Assembly: GCA_003221895.1 (NCBI GenBank)
Contig: QHUJ01000113.1
Coordinates: forward strand, 7,372-71,371
DNA: 64,000 nt
Direction: 5' to 3'
Origin: Gemmatimonadota bacterium
Lineage (GTDB): Bacteria; Gemmatimonadota; Gemmatimonadetes; Gemmatimonadales; GWC2-71-9
Below, in pieces: positions 10,168 to 18,799 of this stretch. Position 1 is the stretch's first letter. The number at the start of each line of letters is the position of its first letter. Below the pieces are notes generated by a model. It had not been told where the DNA came from and did no database searches. It saw only the letters and a program-made list of their open reading frames with translations. The position numbers were made by a program, and so were the translations under genes.

Positions 10168-10952
10168 AAACTCTTGCGTTGTTGCTGCTGCTCGCAGGCA
10201 CCGCGCAAGCGCAGAGCCTCGAGAAGCGAATCGCCGCGGCTCCCGATGGATCGGTGCGCTTCAGCTTTTCCGCCAGGCCCGGTGTGTTCGGGAACGGCCG
10301 GAACTCGATCAGCTGGGGTTGCGATCAAGGGAATTGCCGCCACCGCCAGGTGGACGACAACTGGGACAGCGACGACCACGACTGGGACGCGCCGTGCGAC
10401 TCGGGGCCGGTCCGCGTCGCCCTCCGGAAGAGCAGCGGCCGGATCACCAATCTGCGCACCTACGTCGGGGGCGAGTGGCGTCCCAACACCTCAGCCACGG
10501 ACCTTGGCGTGGTCGGTACGAAGGACGCGACGAGCTATTTGTTGTCGGTGGCGGCGCGGGACGATTCCCGCGTCGCGGAGAACGCGATCTTCCCGGCCGT
10601 CCTCGCGGACAGTGTTACGATTTGGCCCGATCTCTTGAAGATGGCTAAAGACGAGAAGGTCTCGCGGAAGGTGCGGCGGTCGGCGGTGTTCTGGCTCGGA
10701 CAGGCGGCTGGGGATGCCGCCACCAGGGGGCTAACCGACCTCGTGGCCGACGGAGATCAGGATCATGAGGTGCGCGAGTCCGCAGTATTCGCGTTGTCGC
10801 AGCGGCCGCATGAAGAGGGCGTGCCGGCGCTCATCCGCATCGCCAAGGACAACAAAGATCCGGACCTCCGCCGCAAGGCAATCTTCTGGCTCGGCCAGTC
10901 AGACGACCCCCGGGCCCTGTCCCTGTTCGAGGAGTTGCTGACCAAGCCCTAG
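10164..10952 (+). CDS. Secreted HEAT-repeat protein (3 repeats of the same type)
   Basis: Signal peptide MKTLALLLLLAGTAQAQS. Repeats: VRRSAVFWLGQ, VRESAVFALSQ, LRRKAIFWLGQSDDPRAL. ATGA overlap with the upstream HEAT gene. Confidence 0.8.
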   Translation: MKTLALLLLLAGTAQAQSLEKRIAAAPDGSVRFSFSARPGVFGNGRNSISWGCDQGNCRHRQVDDNWDSDDHDWDAPCDSGPVRVALRKSSGRITNLRTYVGGEWRPNTSATDLGVVGTKDATSYLLSVAARDDSRVAENAIFPAVLADSVTIWPDLLKMAKDEKVSRKVRRSAVFWLGQAAGDAATRGLTDLVADGDQDHEVRESAVFALSQRPHEEGVPALIRIAKDNKDPDLRRKAIFWLGQSDDPRALSLFEELLTKP

Positions 10953-10963
10953 TATCTTGTGGC

Positions 10964-11566
10964 ATGCCATTCTGGACGGGGCGGCGTGCCCTCAGCGGGT
11001 TTCTCCTCGCAGGCCTCTTGCTCGGCGTCGGGTGGGCAGCTGTGGTCGTTGCGGTCGCCGTGCATGCCGCTCGCGACCAGGCTACCGGCGCGGATGCGAT
11101 TGTTGTCCTCGGCGCCGCACAGTACAACGGCCGGCCCTCACCCGTCTTTCGTGCCCGACTCGATCACGCCGCGACGCTGTATCAGCGCGGGTTCGCTCCC
11201 GTCGTGCTGGTTACGGGCGACGTCGGCCCACGCGATACCCTCAACGAGGCGAACGTAGGGCGCGACTACCTCGTCCGGCTGGGTCTGCCGAGTGAAGCCG
11301 TGTTACCGCTCGCCGGCGGTCACGACACCTACACATCACTCGAGCAGGTCAGGCGCTGGTTTCAGGGCAAAGACAGCCGTCGCGTACTGCTCGTGAGCGA
11401 CGGTTTTCACATGCTCAGGCTGCGGATTATTGCCGAACGGCTGGATCTGACACCGTACACATCACCCGCCCCCGGCTCGCCGATCCACGCCAACGTCCGC
11501 CGCAACACGGGGTATCTCTTCGCCGAAGGCTTCAAGGTTCCCATCACCTGGCTGTTTCAACGCTAA
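10964..11566 (+). CDS. YdcF/ElyC (DUF218) family protein
   Basis: N-terminal TM segment, then DAIVVLGAAQYNGRPSPVFRARLDHAATLYQRGFAPVVLVTG...VLLVSDGFHMLR, typical of DUF218. Confidence 0.8.
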   Translation: MPFWTGRRALSGFLLAGLLLGVGWAAVVVAVAVHAARDQATGADAIVVLGAAQYNGRPSPVFRARLDHAATLYQRGFAPVVLVTGDVGPRDTLNEANVGRDYLVRLGLPSEAVLPLAGGHDTYTSLEQVRRWFQGKDSRRVLLVSDGFHMLRLRIIAERLDLTPYTSPAPGSPIHANVRRNTGYLFAEGFKVPITWLFQR

Positions 11567-11578
11567 AAGGGAGAGCTG

Positions 11579-12118
11579 ATGCAGCTCGCCAGTAAACGAA
11601 TCCACAAAGGCCGGGTCATAGACCTGGACGTGGATACGGTCCGTTTTCCGGACGGATCGACAGGGCAGCTGGAAATGATTCGTCATCCTGGCGCTGCCGC
11701 TGTGCTCCCGTTCGCGTCGGATCCGCACGGCGCAGATCCCACGATCCTGTTCATCAAGCAGTACCGCTATGCGGTGAACGGGCCGCTGATCGAGATACCG
11801 GCGGGGCGGTTGAATCCGGGAGAGGACCCGAAAGATTGTGCCCGGCGGGAGCTGCTTGAGGAAGTCGGTGTGAAAGCGGGGCGGATCGAGCGTCTTACTA
11901 CGATATGGACAACACCAGGGTTTACGGACGAGAAGATTCACCTTTTTTGGGCGTCGGACCTCACGACCGGCAAGCACGCTCGCGAGCCGGACGAGTTTAT
12001 CGAGGTTATGCCCAAGCCCCTCTCGGAAGCACTCACACTTGTCCGGGATGGGGGTATAAGCGACGCCAAGACCGCCCTCAGCATCCTATTCGTGGCTGGT
12101 TTCACTCTCGGGCATTAG
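11579..12118 (+). CDS. NUDIX hydrolase (ADP-ribose pyrophosphatase-like)
   Basis: Nudix box GRLNPGEDPKDCARRELLEEVGV. GGGAGAG Shine-Dalgarno just upstream of the ATG. Confidence 0.85.
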   Translation: MQLASKRIHKGRVIDLDVDTVRFPDGSTGQLEMIRHPGAAAVLPFASDPHGADPTILFIKQYRYAVNGPLIEIPAGRLNPGEDPKDCARRELLEEVGVKAGRIERLTTIWTTPGFTDEKIHLFWASDLTTGKHAREPDEFIEVMPKPLSEALTLVRDGGISDAKTALSILFVAGFTLGH

Positions 12119-12328
12119 TTCTTTCCCCCTTCGGATCTAGATCATATGTAGAATTGCGCTGTCCGCTGGCTCGGACAATATTCCGCGTTCGCATCCTCCT
12201 GCGAGTCGCAAGTTATTGGTTTGTAAGCGGTTAGTCCTTGAGCCGGGGAGGCACGATTCGTGCCCAACGCACCTAAGGCAAGGCACCACAGAATGTTCCG
12301 TGTTCCCGTGCGCAACGTGAGGGGACGT

Positions 12329-13003
12329 ATGCAGACCACGCTAAAACCGACAATCGCCACCGCCAGTCCCGCCCCTGCCTCCACCACCTCGGTCGAGTCG
12401 GCGCGCGCGCTCCAGCGGGAGGCGCTGCACGAGTTGGATGACGGCCAGGTTGTGATGCGGCACCTGGCGGGCGAACCGCAGGCCTTTGGCACCTTGGTGG
12501 ATCGGTATCAAACCCGGCTCCTCAATTTCGTGAACCGCACGATCGGAGACCGGGAACGGGCCGAGGATCTCGTCCAGGAAGTATTCATCCGGGTTTTCCG
12601 GCACCTGCACCGCTTCGATCAGACCAAGAAGTTTTCAACCTGGATTTATACGATTGCATCGAACCTGGCCAAGAACGAGTTGCGCAATCGCAGCCGCAAT
12701 CCCCTGGTCCTGTTCCAGACGATCAAGAAGAATTGGGAAGCCGATCATCGGCCGCTGCAGTTCGAGGACACAACCGCACGTCCGGACGATCTGTACCGCA
12801 AGCGCTTCCTGAAGGACGCCGTCGACCAGTGCGTCCAGCGGCTCCCTGAGCACCACCGGGAGGTGTTCGTGCTCCGGGAGCTCGAAGGGAAGAGCTATCA
12901 GGAGATCGCAGAGATCACGGGGTGCAATTTGGGGACTGTGAAGAGTCGTCTGAATCGGGCGCGCAACAGCTTCGCCCAGCTGATCGGCCCCGTCCTCGTT
13001 TAA
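12329..13003 (+). CDS. ECF-type sigma-70 factor (RpoE-like) with N-terminal extension
   Basis: Region 2 reads LLNFVNRTIGDRERAEDLVQEVFIRVFRHLHRFDQTKKFSTWIYTIASNLAKN. Region 4 reads LPEHHREVFVLRELEGKSYQEIAEITGCNLGTVKSRLNRAR. Preferred start is the ATG at 12329, preceded by GAGGGGA. The track ORF starts at a GTG at 12260. Confidence 0.85.
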   Translation: MQTTLKPTIATASPAPASTTSVESARALQREALHELDDGQVVMRHLAGEPQAFGTLVDRYQTRLLNFVNRTIGDRERAEDLVQEVFIRVFRHLHRFDQTKKFSTWIYTIASNLAKNELRNRSRNPLVLFQTIKKNWEADHRPLQFEDTTARPDDLYRKRFLKDAVDQCVQRLPEHHREVFVLRELEGKSYQEIAEITGCNLGTVKSRLNRARNSFAQLIGPVLV

Positions 13004-13021
13004 GCACAAAACGACCCTCCC

Positions 13022-13057
13022 AACCCCTGGCCACGGAACACGCCGTGGCCAGGGGTT
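13022..13057 (+). terminator. Perfect 15-bp stem-loop between the sigma and anti-sigma genes (attenuator/terminator candidate)
   Basis: AACCCCTGGCCACGG (13022-13036), loop AACACG, CCGTGGCCAGGGGTT (13043-13057). Followed by ATACATTTCATCGTT and then the ATG at 13073. Confidence 0.5.
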
Positions 13058-13072
13058 ATACATTTCATCGTT

Positions 13073-13582
13073 ATGCTGTGCAGCGAGTTCCTCGAGCGGC
13101 ATTCCGACTTCCGCGACGGACTGATTACCGCCTCGCGCGAGTTGCGGCGATTCGCCCGACACATGGCGCATTGTTCGTCGTGTCGGTGCTATGACGCGAC
13201 CGTCCGCCAGGCTGTCCAGGTTCTCCACTCTGCTTCCCCCATCTCCCCATCACCCGCCTTCCGGCAGCGCCTCGACGCACGACTGGCGTTGGAGCGGCAC
13301 CCAATCCTCGTACCCCCGGCGCGCGCCGGAATCACCGCCGCGCTGTTGGTTCTCGCCGGGGTGGCCCTCTTCGTTTTCGAGGTGGGACGGCGGCCGCGCG
13401 TCGAAGCCGTCCAGCTGCTCCCACCGGCCGCATTTCCGAAACCTGTGGCTGGCGCCGCATTGCCGTTCGTCTCATTTCAGGATCCGCGCGCGAGCGTGGT
13501 GAGTGGGAATCCATACCCGTACGGCACCGCGCTCGTGCAGCCGGCCGCAATCAACTTCCAGCCCGCAACTCCAGGCCGTTAG
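13073..13582 (+). CDS. Putative anti-sigma factor (zf-HC2-like) with one TM segment
   Basis: N-terminus MLCSEFLERHSDFRDG...RFARHMAHCSSCRCYD (HxxxCxxC). TM segment AGITAALLVLAGVALFVF. Lies directly downstream of the ECF sigma gene. Confidence 0.6.
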   Translation: MLCSEFLERHSDFRDGLITASRELRRFARHMAHCSSCRCYDATVRQAVQVLHSASPISPSPAFRQRLDARLALERHPILVPPARAGITAALLVLAGVALFVFEVGRRPRVEAVQLLPPAAFPKPVAGAALPFVSFQDPRASVVSGNPYPYGTALVQPAAINFQPATPGR

Positions 13583-13633
13583 CAATCTTTCGACCTTTCT
13601 CCCAGCACAGGGCGGGGGTAACTTGCGACCTGT

Positions 13634-14701
13634 ATGGCGGCGCTCACGCTCGACGCGCTCCTGCGCAGCCTCAAAAAGGGCGCTCGGAGCGCCCTCGATC
13701 CCATCTATCTCCTCTATGGTGACGAAGACGTCCTCAAGGACGAGGCTCTTCGCCTGCTCGTCGACGCCGCCATCGGGGGAGACGCCCACCGCGACTTCAA
13801 CTTCGATTCCCGCTTCACCGCCGACCTCACGCCGGAGCAATTTCACGCGCTGGTAAACACGCCGCCCATGCTGGCGGAGCGGCGCGCCGTCGTCGTGCGG
13901 GGCGTGGAGCAGCTGGGTAAACGCAAGACGAAGCTGCGCGACGAGGTGTCCCGCTACCTCGCCGCTCCCAATCCGAGTACGCTGCTGGTGCTCGTCTTTG
14001 CCGCTGGTGAGGAGCCGGACGCCGAGCTGGTCCGCGCGTCCACCGCGGTCGAGTTGGGACCACTGTCTCCCGAACGGGTGCCGCGCTGGCTGCAGCATCG
14101 TGCCGGTACTCTGGGGCTGATGTTCGAGCCGGACGCGGCGACGCTGCTGCTCGAGGCGGTCGGCAACGACCTGACCACGCTGGCGCGCGAGCTCGAAAAG
14201 CTCGCGTCGCTGACGGCCGATACGCAGCGACCCGCGACCGCCGCGGATGTGACGGGGCTCGTAGGCGTGCGCCGCGGCGAAACGGTATATGATCTCGTAG
14301 ACGCGGCGCTCGCGCGTAACGCGGCGCGCGCGGCGTCGCTAGTCGAGCGAGTCTTGGAGCAGGCCGGCATGAGCGGTGTCAAGATCGTCTCACTTCTCGG
14401 CACCCATCTCGTAGGAACCGCGCTGGCGCGAGCGGAGCGGGACCGCGGGGCTCGGAGACTGCCGGATACCCTGCTTCGGCACCTGCTGGCCACCCGCCCG
14501 TACGGACTGCGCGGCTGGAAAGACGAAGCAGCGCGCTGGAGCGAGTGGAGCGCCACGTGGACACCGCCGGAGTTGAGCCGCGCCTTGAAGGCCGCGCTCG
14601 CTGCCGACATCGCCTTGAAGACGCCAACCGTCAGTGATGACCGAGGGATTGTCACCCAACTCGTGCTTGGATTTGCGCCCCTGAAGCGGGAGGCCGCATG
14701 A
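13634..14701 (+). CDS. holA: DNA polymerase III subunit delta
   Basis: 355 aa. Contains IYLLYGDEDVLKDEALRLLVD...FNFDSRFTADLTPEQFHALVNTPPMLAERRAVVVRGVEQL...NDLTTLARELEKLASL, the typical HolA layout. Confidence 0.85.
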   Translation: MAALTLDALLRSLKKGARSALDPIYLLYGDEDVLKDEALRLLVDAAIGGDAHRDFNFDSRFTADLTPEQFHALVNTPPMLAERRAVVVRGVEQLGKRKTKLRDEVSRYLAAPNPSTLLVLVFAAGEEPDAELVRASTAVELGPLSPERVPRWLQHRAGTLGLMFEPDAATLLLEAVGNDLTTLARELEKLASLTADTQRPATAADVTGLVGVRRGETVYDLVDAALARNAARAASLVERVLEQAGMSGVKIVSLLGTHLVGTALARAERDRGARRLPDTLLRHLLATRPYGLRGWKDEAARWSEWSATWTPPELSRALKAALAADIALKTPTVSDDRGIVTQLVLGFAPLKREAA

Positions 14702-15567
14702 GGCGGCCGGACGGCCCGACGGTCGGACGGCCGTTAATGTTCGCGCTTCTATTGCTGGCTGTCTGGCCGTCTGGCCGTCTCGCGGCCCAGACCGACGCGC
14801 GGCTTGTGGAGGCTCTACGCCTGGCACAATCAGGTCAAGCCGATTCCGGGCGTGCAATCGTGCGGCGTTTGCTGGCCAGGTTGCCGCCTTCGGACTCGGT
14901 CTATCCTGAGGCGTTGCTCACGGCCGCGAAGATCGCACCCGATGCGCAGACCGTCGCGTCGAACCTGAACCGTATCGTGGTTGATTACGGTTCGAGCCAG
15001 TGGGCCGACGAAGCGCTGCTGTTGCTGACCCAGCTCTACTATGCGCAGCACGACGCGGCGCAAACGATTCAAGCCGCGGAGCGGTTGAATCGCGATTACC
15101 CCGACTCGCCGCTGCGGCCCCGCGCGAGCTTCTCCGCCGCGCGCGCCTACTTCGAGCTCAAGAATGAGGCTCGCGGCTGCGAGCTGATCCGGCAGGCGCT
15201 CGACGGCGCGGGGGACGACGTCGAATTCAGGAATCAGGTGAGCTTCTACGCGTCGCGCTGCAGCGCGTCCACCACCACGGCGACGGCTCCTCCCGCGCCT
15301 CCGCCGAGCGGTGGGACGCCGGCGAACACGGCGTCGGGAGCGCGCGCCTATGCCGTGCAAGTGCTCGCGGTGAAGAGCGCCGCCCAGGTGGACGACATGC
15401 TTACGCGACTCAAGGTGATGGGCTTTGAGGCGCGGGTGGTCCGCGATACGACCGGCTTCTTCAAGGTACGAGTGGGCCGCTACGCGACACGCGAAGAAGC
15501 CCAACGCGCCCAGCAGCGGCTCAAGACCAAAGTCGGCGGGAATCCTTTCGTGGTGGATGAGCCGTGA
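14698..15567 (+). CDS. Secreted TPR-like protein with C-terminal SPOR (peptidoglycan-binding) domain
   Basis: Signal peptide MFALLLLAVWPSGRLAAQ. The C-terminus YAVQVLAVKSAAQVDDMLTRLKVMGFEARVVRDTTGFFKVRVGRYATREEAQRAQQRLK is a SPOR domain. ATGA overlap with holA. Confidence 0.75.
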   Translation: MRRPDGPTVGRPLMFALLLLAVWPSGRLAAQTDARLVEALRLAQSGQADSGRAIVRRLLARLPPSDSVYPEALLTAAKIAPDAQTVASNLNRIVVDYGSSQWADEALLLLTQLYYAQHDAAQTIQAAERLNRDYPDSPLRPRASFSAARAYFELKNEARGCELIRQALDGAGDDVEFRNQVSFYASRCSASTTTATAPPAPPPSGGTPANTASGARAYAVQVLAVKSAAQVDDMLTRLKVMGFEARVVRDTTGFFKVRVGRYATREEAQRAQQRLKTKVGGNPFVVDEP

Positions 15568-18161
15568 CGGGAAAAGTCGCCAGCACCGACACACCCGTCA
15601 TGCAGCAGTACCGCGACATCAAGGCCCGGCACCCGCACACCATCCTCTTTTTCCGGATGGGCGACTTCTATGAAATGTTCGAAGACGACGCCAAGCTCGC
15701 GGCGCGCGAGCTCGGCCTGACGCTCACGTCGCGCAACAACGGCGGCGCGGCGGAAGTCCCGCTTGCCGGCGTACCGGTCAAGGCAGCTACGGACTACCTG
15801 CGCCGTCTGATTGCGAAGGGCCACAGCGTCGCGATCTGCGAGCAGGTCGAAGATCCAAAGTTGGCGAAGGGCGTCGTGCGGCGGGCGGTCGTCGAAACCG
15901 TTACGCCCGGCACCGTGCTGTCCGAGGATTGGCTGGACCGCAATCGCAACAACTATCTGGTCGCCGTGGACCCGCGCGGCGCGAATGCGGGGATCGCCGG
16001 TCTCGATCTCACAACCGGTGAGTTGATCCTCGAGGTTGTGCCGACCTCCGAGCTCGAGTTGGCGCTCGCTCGGTACGAAGCCCGCGAGCTGGTCCTGCCG
16101 GCTGAGACGACAATCACCGCGTCGGCGGGGACGATGACTGCTCGCGAGGCATGGGAGTACGATCCCGAGCTGGCGCGCGAAGACCTGGCGCGCACCTACG
16201 GAGTCGCTTCGCTCGACGGACTTGGCGTCGCCGGCGAGGATCGGCCGGCGCTCGGCGCCGCCGGCGCGCTGCTCCGCTACGCGCGCGAACTCAAGCCGGG
16301 CGGGCTGCCGCATCTCGCGCATCCGAGGATCGTGCGGCGCGGCGATGTACTGCCGCTCGACGAGATGACCCGGCGCAATCTGGAGCTGGTCGAGCCATTG
16401 CGCGCCGGCGCCGAAGGGGCGACCCTGCTCGAAGTCGTCGACCGGACGCTGACGCCGATGGGCGGGCGCCTGCTGCGCCGGTGGTTGCTTGCACCTCTGG
16501 TCGATCCCGCCGCGATCAACTCACGCCTCGACGCCGTACAGGTCCTGGCGCAGGACGGTCGCGGTCGCGAGCGGCTGCGCGAAGCACTCGACGGCGTCCG
16601 CGATCTCGAGCGGCTCGCCGGCCGGGCTGCGCTGGGGCGCGCCACTCCTCGCGAGATGGGCGCGCTGCGCGATTCGATTCTGCGCCTGCCCGATGTCGCT
16701 GGTGCGGTCGGAGGGCTCGAGGGACGCGAGCAATCCACGCTACTCGAGACCACCGCGCACACGCTCGACCTGCTCACCGATGTGGGCGAAGAGCTCGTCC
16801 GCGCGCTCGTGGACCGTCCGCCGGCCCAGCTCGACGATGGCGACACCATTCGGACCGGGTTCGATCGCGAGCTCGACGAGTTGCAGGAGACCCGCGACGG
16901 CGGGAAGCAGTACATCGCCACCTTGCAGGCGCGCGAGCGGGAACGCACCGGTATCGGATCGCTCAGGGTCGGCTTCAACAAGGTGTTCGGTTACTACATC
17001 GAGATCACGCACGCACACCGCGAGCGCGTCCCGACCGATTACGAGCGGCGGCAGACCCTCACCGGCGCCGAGCGGTACGTGACGCCGGACCTCAAGGAAT
17101 ACGAAGCGAAGGTGCTCGGCGCCGAGGAGCGCATCGCCAAACGTGAAGCGGAGCTGCTCGACGCGCTGCGCCAGCATGTGGCGCAGGCGATCGGTCGGGT
17201 GCAGTCCAGTGCGGGACTGCTGGCGCAACTCGACGCCTGGGCCGCCCTCGCCGACGTGGCCGAGCGGGAACGCTATGTGCGTCCGGAGGTGAATGCGGGC
17301 TTCACACTCCAGCTCGAGGGCAGCCGCCATCCCGTGGTCGAGAGAATGATGGCGCGGGAAGCGTTCATTCCGAATGACATCGCCCTCGACGAAGCCGGAC
17401 GCGTGATCCTGCTGACGGGCCCCAACATGGCGGGAAAATCGACGCTGCTGCGTCAGGCAGGATTGTGCGTCGTGCTGGCGCAAATGGGTTCGTTCGTCCC
17501 CTGCCGGCGCGCGAGCATCGGCGTCGTCGACCGGCTGTTCACGCGCGTGGGCGCATCCGACAACCTCGTCCGCGGCCAATCGACGTTCATGGTCGAGATG
17601 AGCGAGACCAGCGCCATTCTGCACGGCGCGACGGTACGCAGCCTCGTGTTGCTCGACGAAATCGGCCGCGGGACATCGACGTACGACGGCGTGGCGATCG
17701 CCTGGGCCGTGACGGAGTGCCTCCACAATACGATCGGCTGCAAAACTATTTTCGCCACTCACTACCATGAGCTGACACAGCTCACGGAAGAGCTGGAGCA
17801 CGCCAGGAACTTCAACGTCGCGGTCCGTGAAGTGGGCGATGAAATCGTCTTCTTGCACCGGCTCGAGGCGGGCGGCGCCGATCGGTCCTACGGCATCCAT
17901 GTGGGCCGGCTGGCGGGGCTCCCGGATCCCGTCGTGACGCGGGCCTGGCAGGTGCTGAAGCTGCTCGAGGCCGGCCATCACGTAGCGAAGCAGCAGCTGC
18001 CATCGCCGCTCGACGCAACGCAGCTCGGCCTGTTCGCGGCACCTGCGCCCGACCCGCTGCTGCTCGAGCTCGACGGGCTCGATGTGAACACACTGTCGCC
18101 GCTCGACGCACTGAACCGGCTCGCAGCCTGGAAACAACGACGCAAGGATGGGAGTAGCTGA
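15564..18161 (+). CDS. mutS: DNA mismatch repair protein MutS
   Basis: 865 aa. Contains TPVMQQYRDIKARHPHTILFFRMGDFYEMFEDDA, Walker A GPNMAGKSTLLRQ, STFMVEMSETSAIL, LLDEIGRGTSTYDG and the C-terminal dimerisation helix. Confidence 0.97.
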   Translation: MTGKVASTDTPVMQQYRDIKARHPHTILFFRMGDFYEMFEDDAKLAARELGLTLTSRNNGGAAEVPLAGVPVKAATDYLRRLIAKGHSVAICEQVEDPKLAKGVVRRAVVETVTPGTVLSEDWLDRNRNNYLVAVDPRGANAGIAGLDLTTGELILEVVPTSELELALARYEARELVLPAETTITASAGTMTAREAWEYDPELAREDLARTYGVASLDGLGVAGEDRPALGAAGALLRYARELKPGGLPHLAHPRIVRRGDVLPLDEMTRRNLELVEPLRAGAEGATLLEVVDRTLTPMGGRLLRRWLLAPLVDPAAINSRLDAVQVLAQDGRGRERLREALDGVRDLERLAGRAALGRATPREMGALRDSILRLPDVAGAVGGLEGREQSTLLETTAHTLDLLTDVGEELVRALVDRPPAQLDDGDTIRTGFDRELDELQETRDGGKQYIATLQARERERTGIGSLRVGFNKVFGYYIEITHAHRERVPTDYERRQTLTGAERYVTPDLKEYEAKVLGAEERIAKREAELLDALRQHVAQAIGRVQSSAGLLAQLDAWAALADVAERERYVRPEVNAGFTLQLEGSRHPVVERMMAREAFIPNDIALDEAGRVILLTGPNMAGKSTLLRQAGLCVVLAQMGSFVPCRRASIGVVDRLFTRVGASDNLVRGQSTFMVEMSETSAILHGATVRSLVLLDEIGRGTSTYDGVAIAWAVTECLHNTIGCKTIFATHYHELTQLTEELEHARNFNVAVREVGDEIVFLHRLEAGGADRSYGIHVGRLAGLPDPVVTRAWQVLKLLEAGHHVAKQQLPSPLDATQLGLFAAPAPDPLLLELDGLDVNTLSPLDALNRLAAWKQRRKDGSS

Positions 18162-18799
18162 TGCGATTGATCGTCATCGCGGCGGTCCTTGCCGCTGTCG
18201 CGGGCTGTCGCGGGGGGGCCTCGCAGTCCGAGAATCAGTCCGCTCCTCCGCCCGAATCTGAACCGCCGGTCGCCTTGAACCCGGATGTGCCGATCGCCTA
18301 TCCGCCCGCGCTGTACGAACAGAAAGTGGAAGGCGACGTCACGCTGCGGTTGTTCGTGGACTCGACGGGAAAGCTGGTCCCCGAGTCCACGCGTGTCGTC
18401 GAGGCCAGCGGCTACCCCGCACTCGATTCCGCCGCGATCGCCGGCTCGGCGGGGCTGCGGTTCGCTCCGGGCAAGCGGCACGGCATCCCGGTGGCGACCG
18501 CTTTTCTGCAACCGGTCGAGTTTCGCCAGGTGGGAACCACCCGCACCAGCACCGTGACGCTGCCGCCCCCAGCCGCGCCGACGATCGGACAGCCACCGGC
18601 GCCGGCAGTCGAGCGGCCGAGACCGCGTCCGCCAGCGCCGCCGCCCCCGCCGCCGCCGCAGGCAAGACCTGATACAACGCGGGCACCTGCTGACACGTCG
18701 CGGCACCCCTCGCCGCCGCCGCCCCAGCCGCCCCCGCCCCCACCGCCGGCGCCCGACACGACCAAGCCGCGTCCGGATACGAGTGCCACAGCACACTAA
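18161..18799 (+). CDS. Lipoprotein with TonB C-terminal-like domain followed by a proline-rich tail
   Basis: Lipobox MRLIVIAAVLAAVAGC. PIAYPPALYEQKVEGDVTLRLFVDSTGKLVPESTRVVEASGYPALDSAAIAGSAGLRFAPGKRHGIPV resembles the TonB_C fold. The C-terminal 70 aa are Pro-rich (PPAPPPPPPPQ, PPPPQPPPPPPPAP). Confidence 0.65.
   Translation: MRLIVIAAVLAAVAGCRGGASQSENQSAPPPESEPPVALNPDVPIAYPPALYEQKVEGDVTLRLFVDSTGKLVPESTRVVEASGYPALDSAAIAGSAGLRFAPGKRHGIPVATAFLQPVEFRQVGTTRTSTVTLPPPAAPTIGQPPAPAVERPRPRPPAPPPPPPPQARPDTTRAPADTSRHPSPPPPQPPPPPPPAPDTTKPRPDTSATAH

Noticed and set aside
12119-12328. 210-nt lower-GC gap upstream of the RpoE-like sigma gene, as a possible sRNA or riboswitch
   Set aside because: I could not recognise any known RNA family motif or convincing conserved structure by eye. 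A weak promoter-like TTGCGC-17-AATATT is present but unsupported. It would need a covariance-model scan.
16740-18137. 465-aa minus-strand ORF (and several 150-330-aa ORFs) inside mutS
   Set aside because: MutS motifs on the plus strand are unambiguous. The antisense frame has no motifs and atypical composition.
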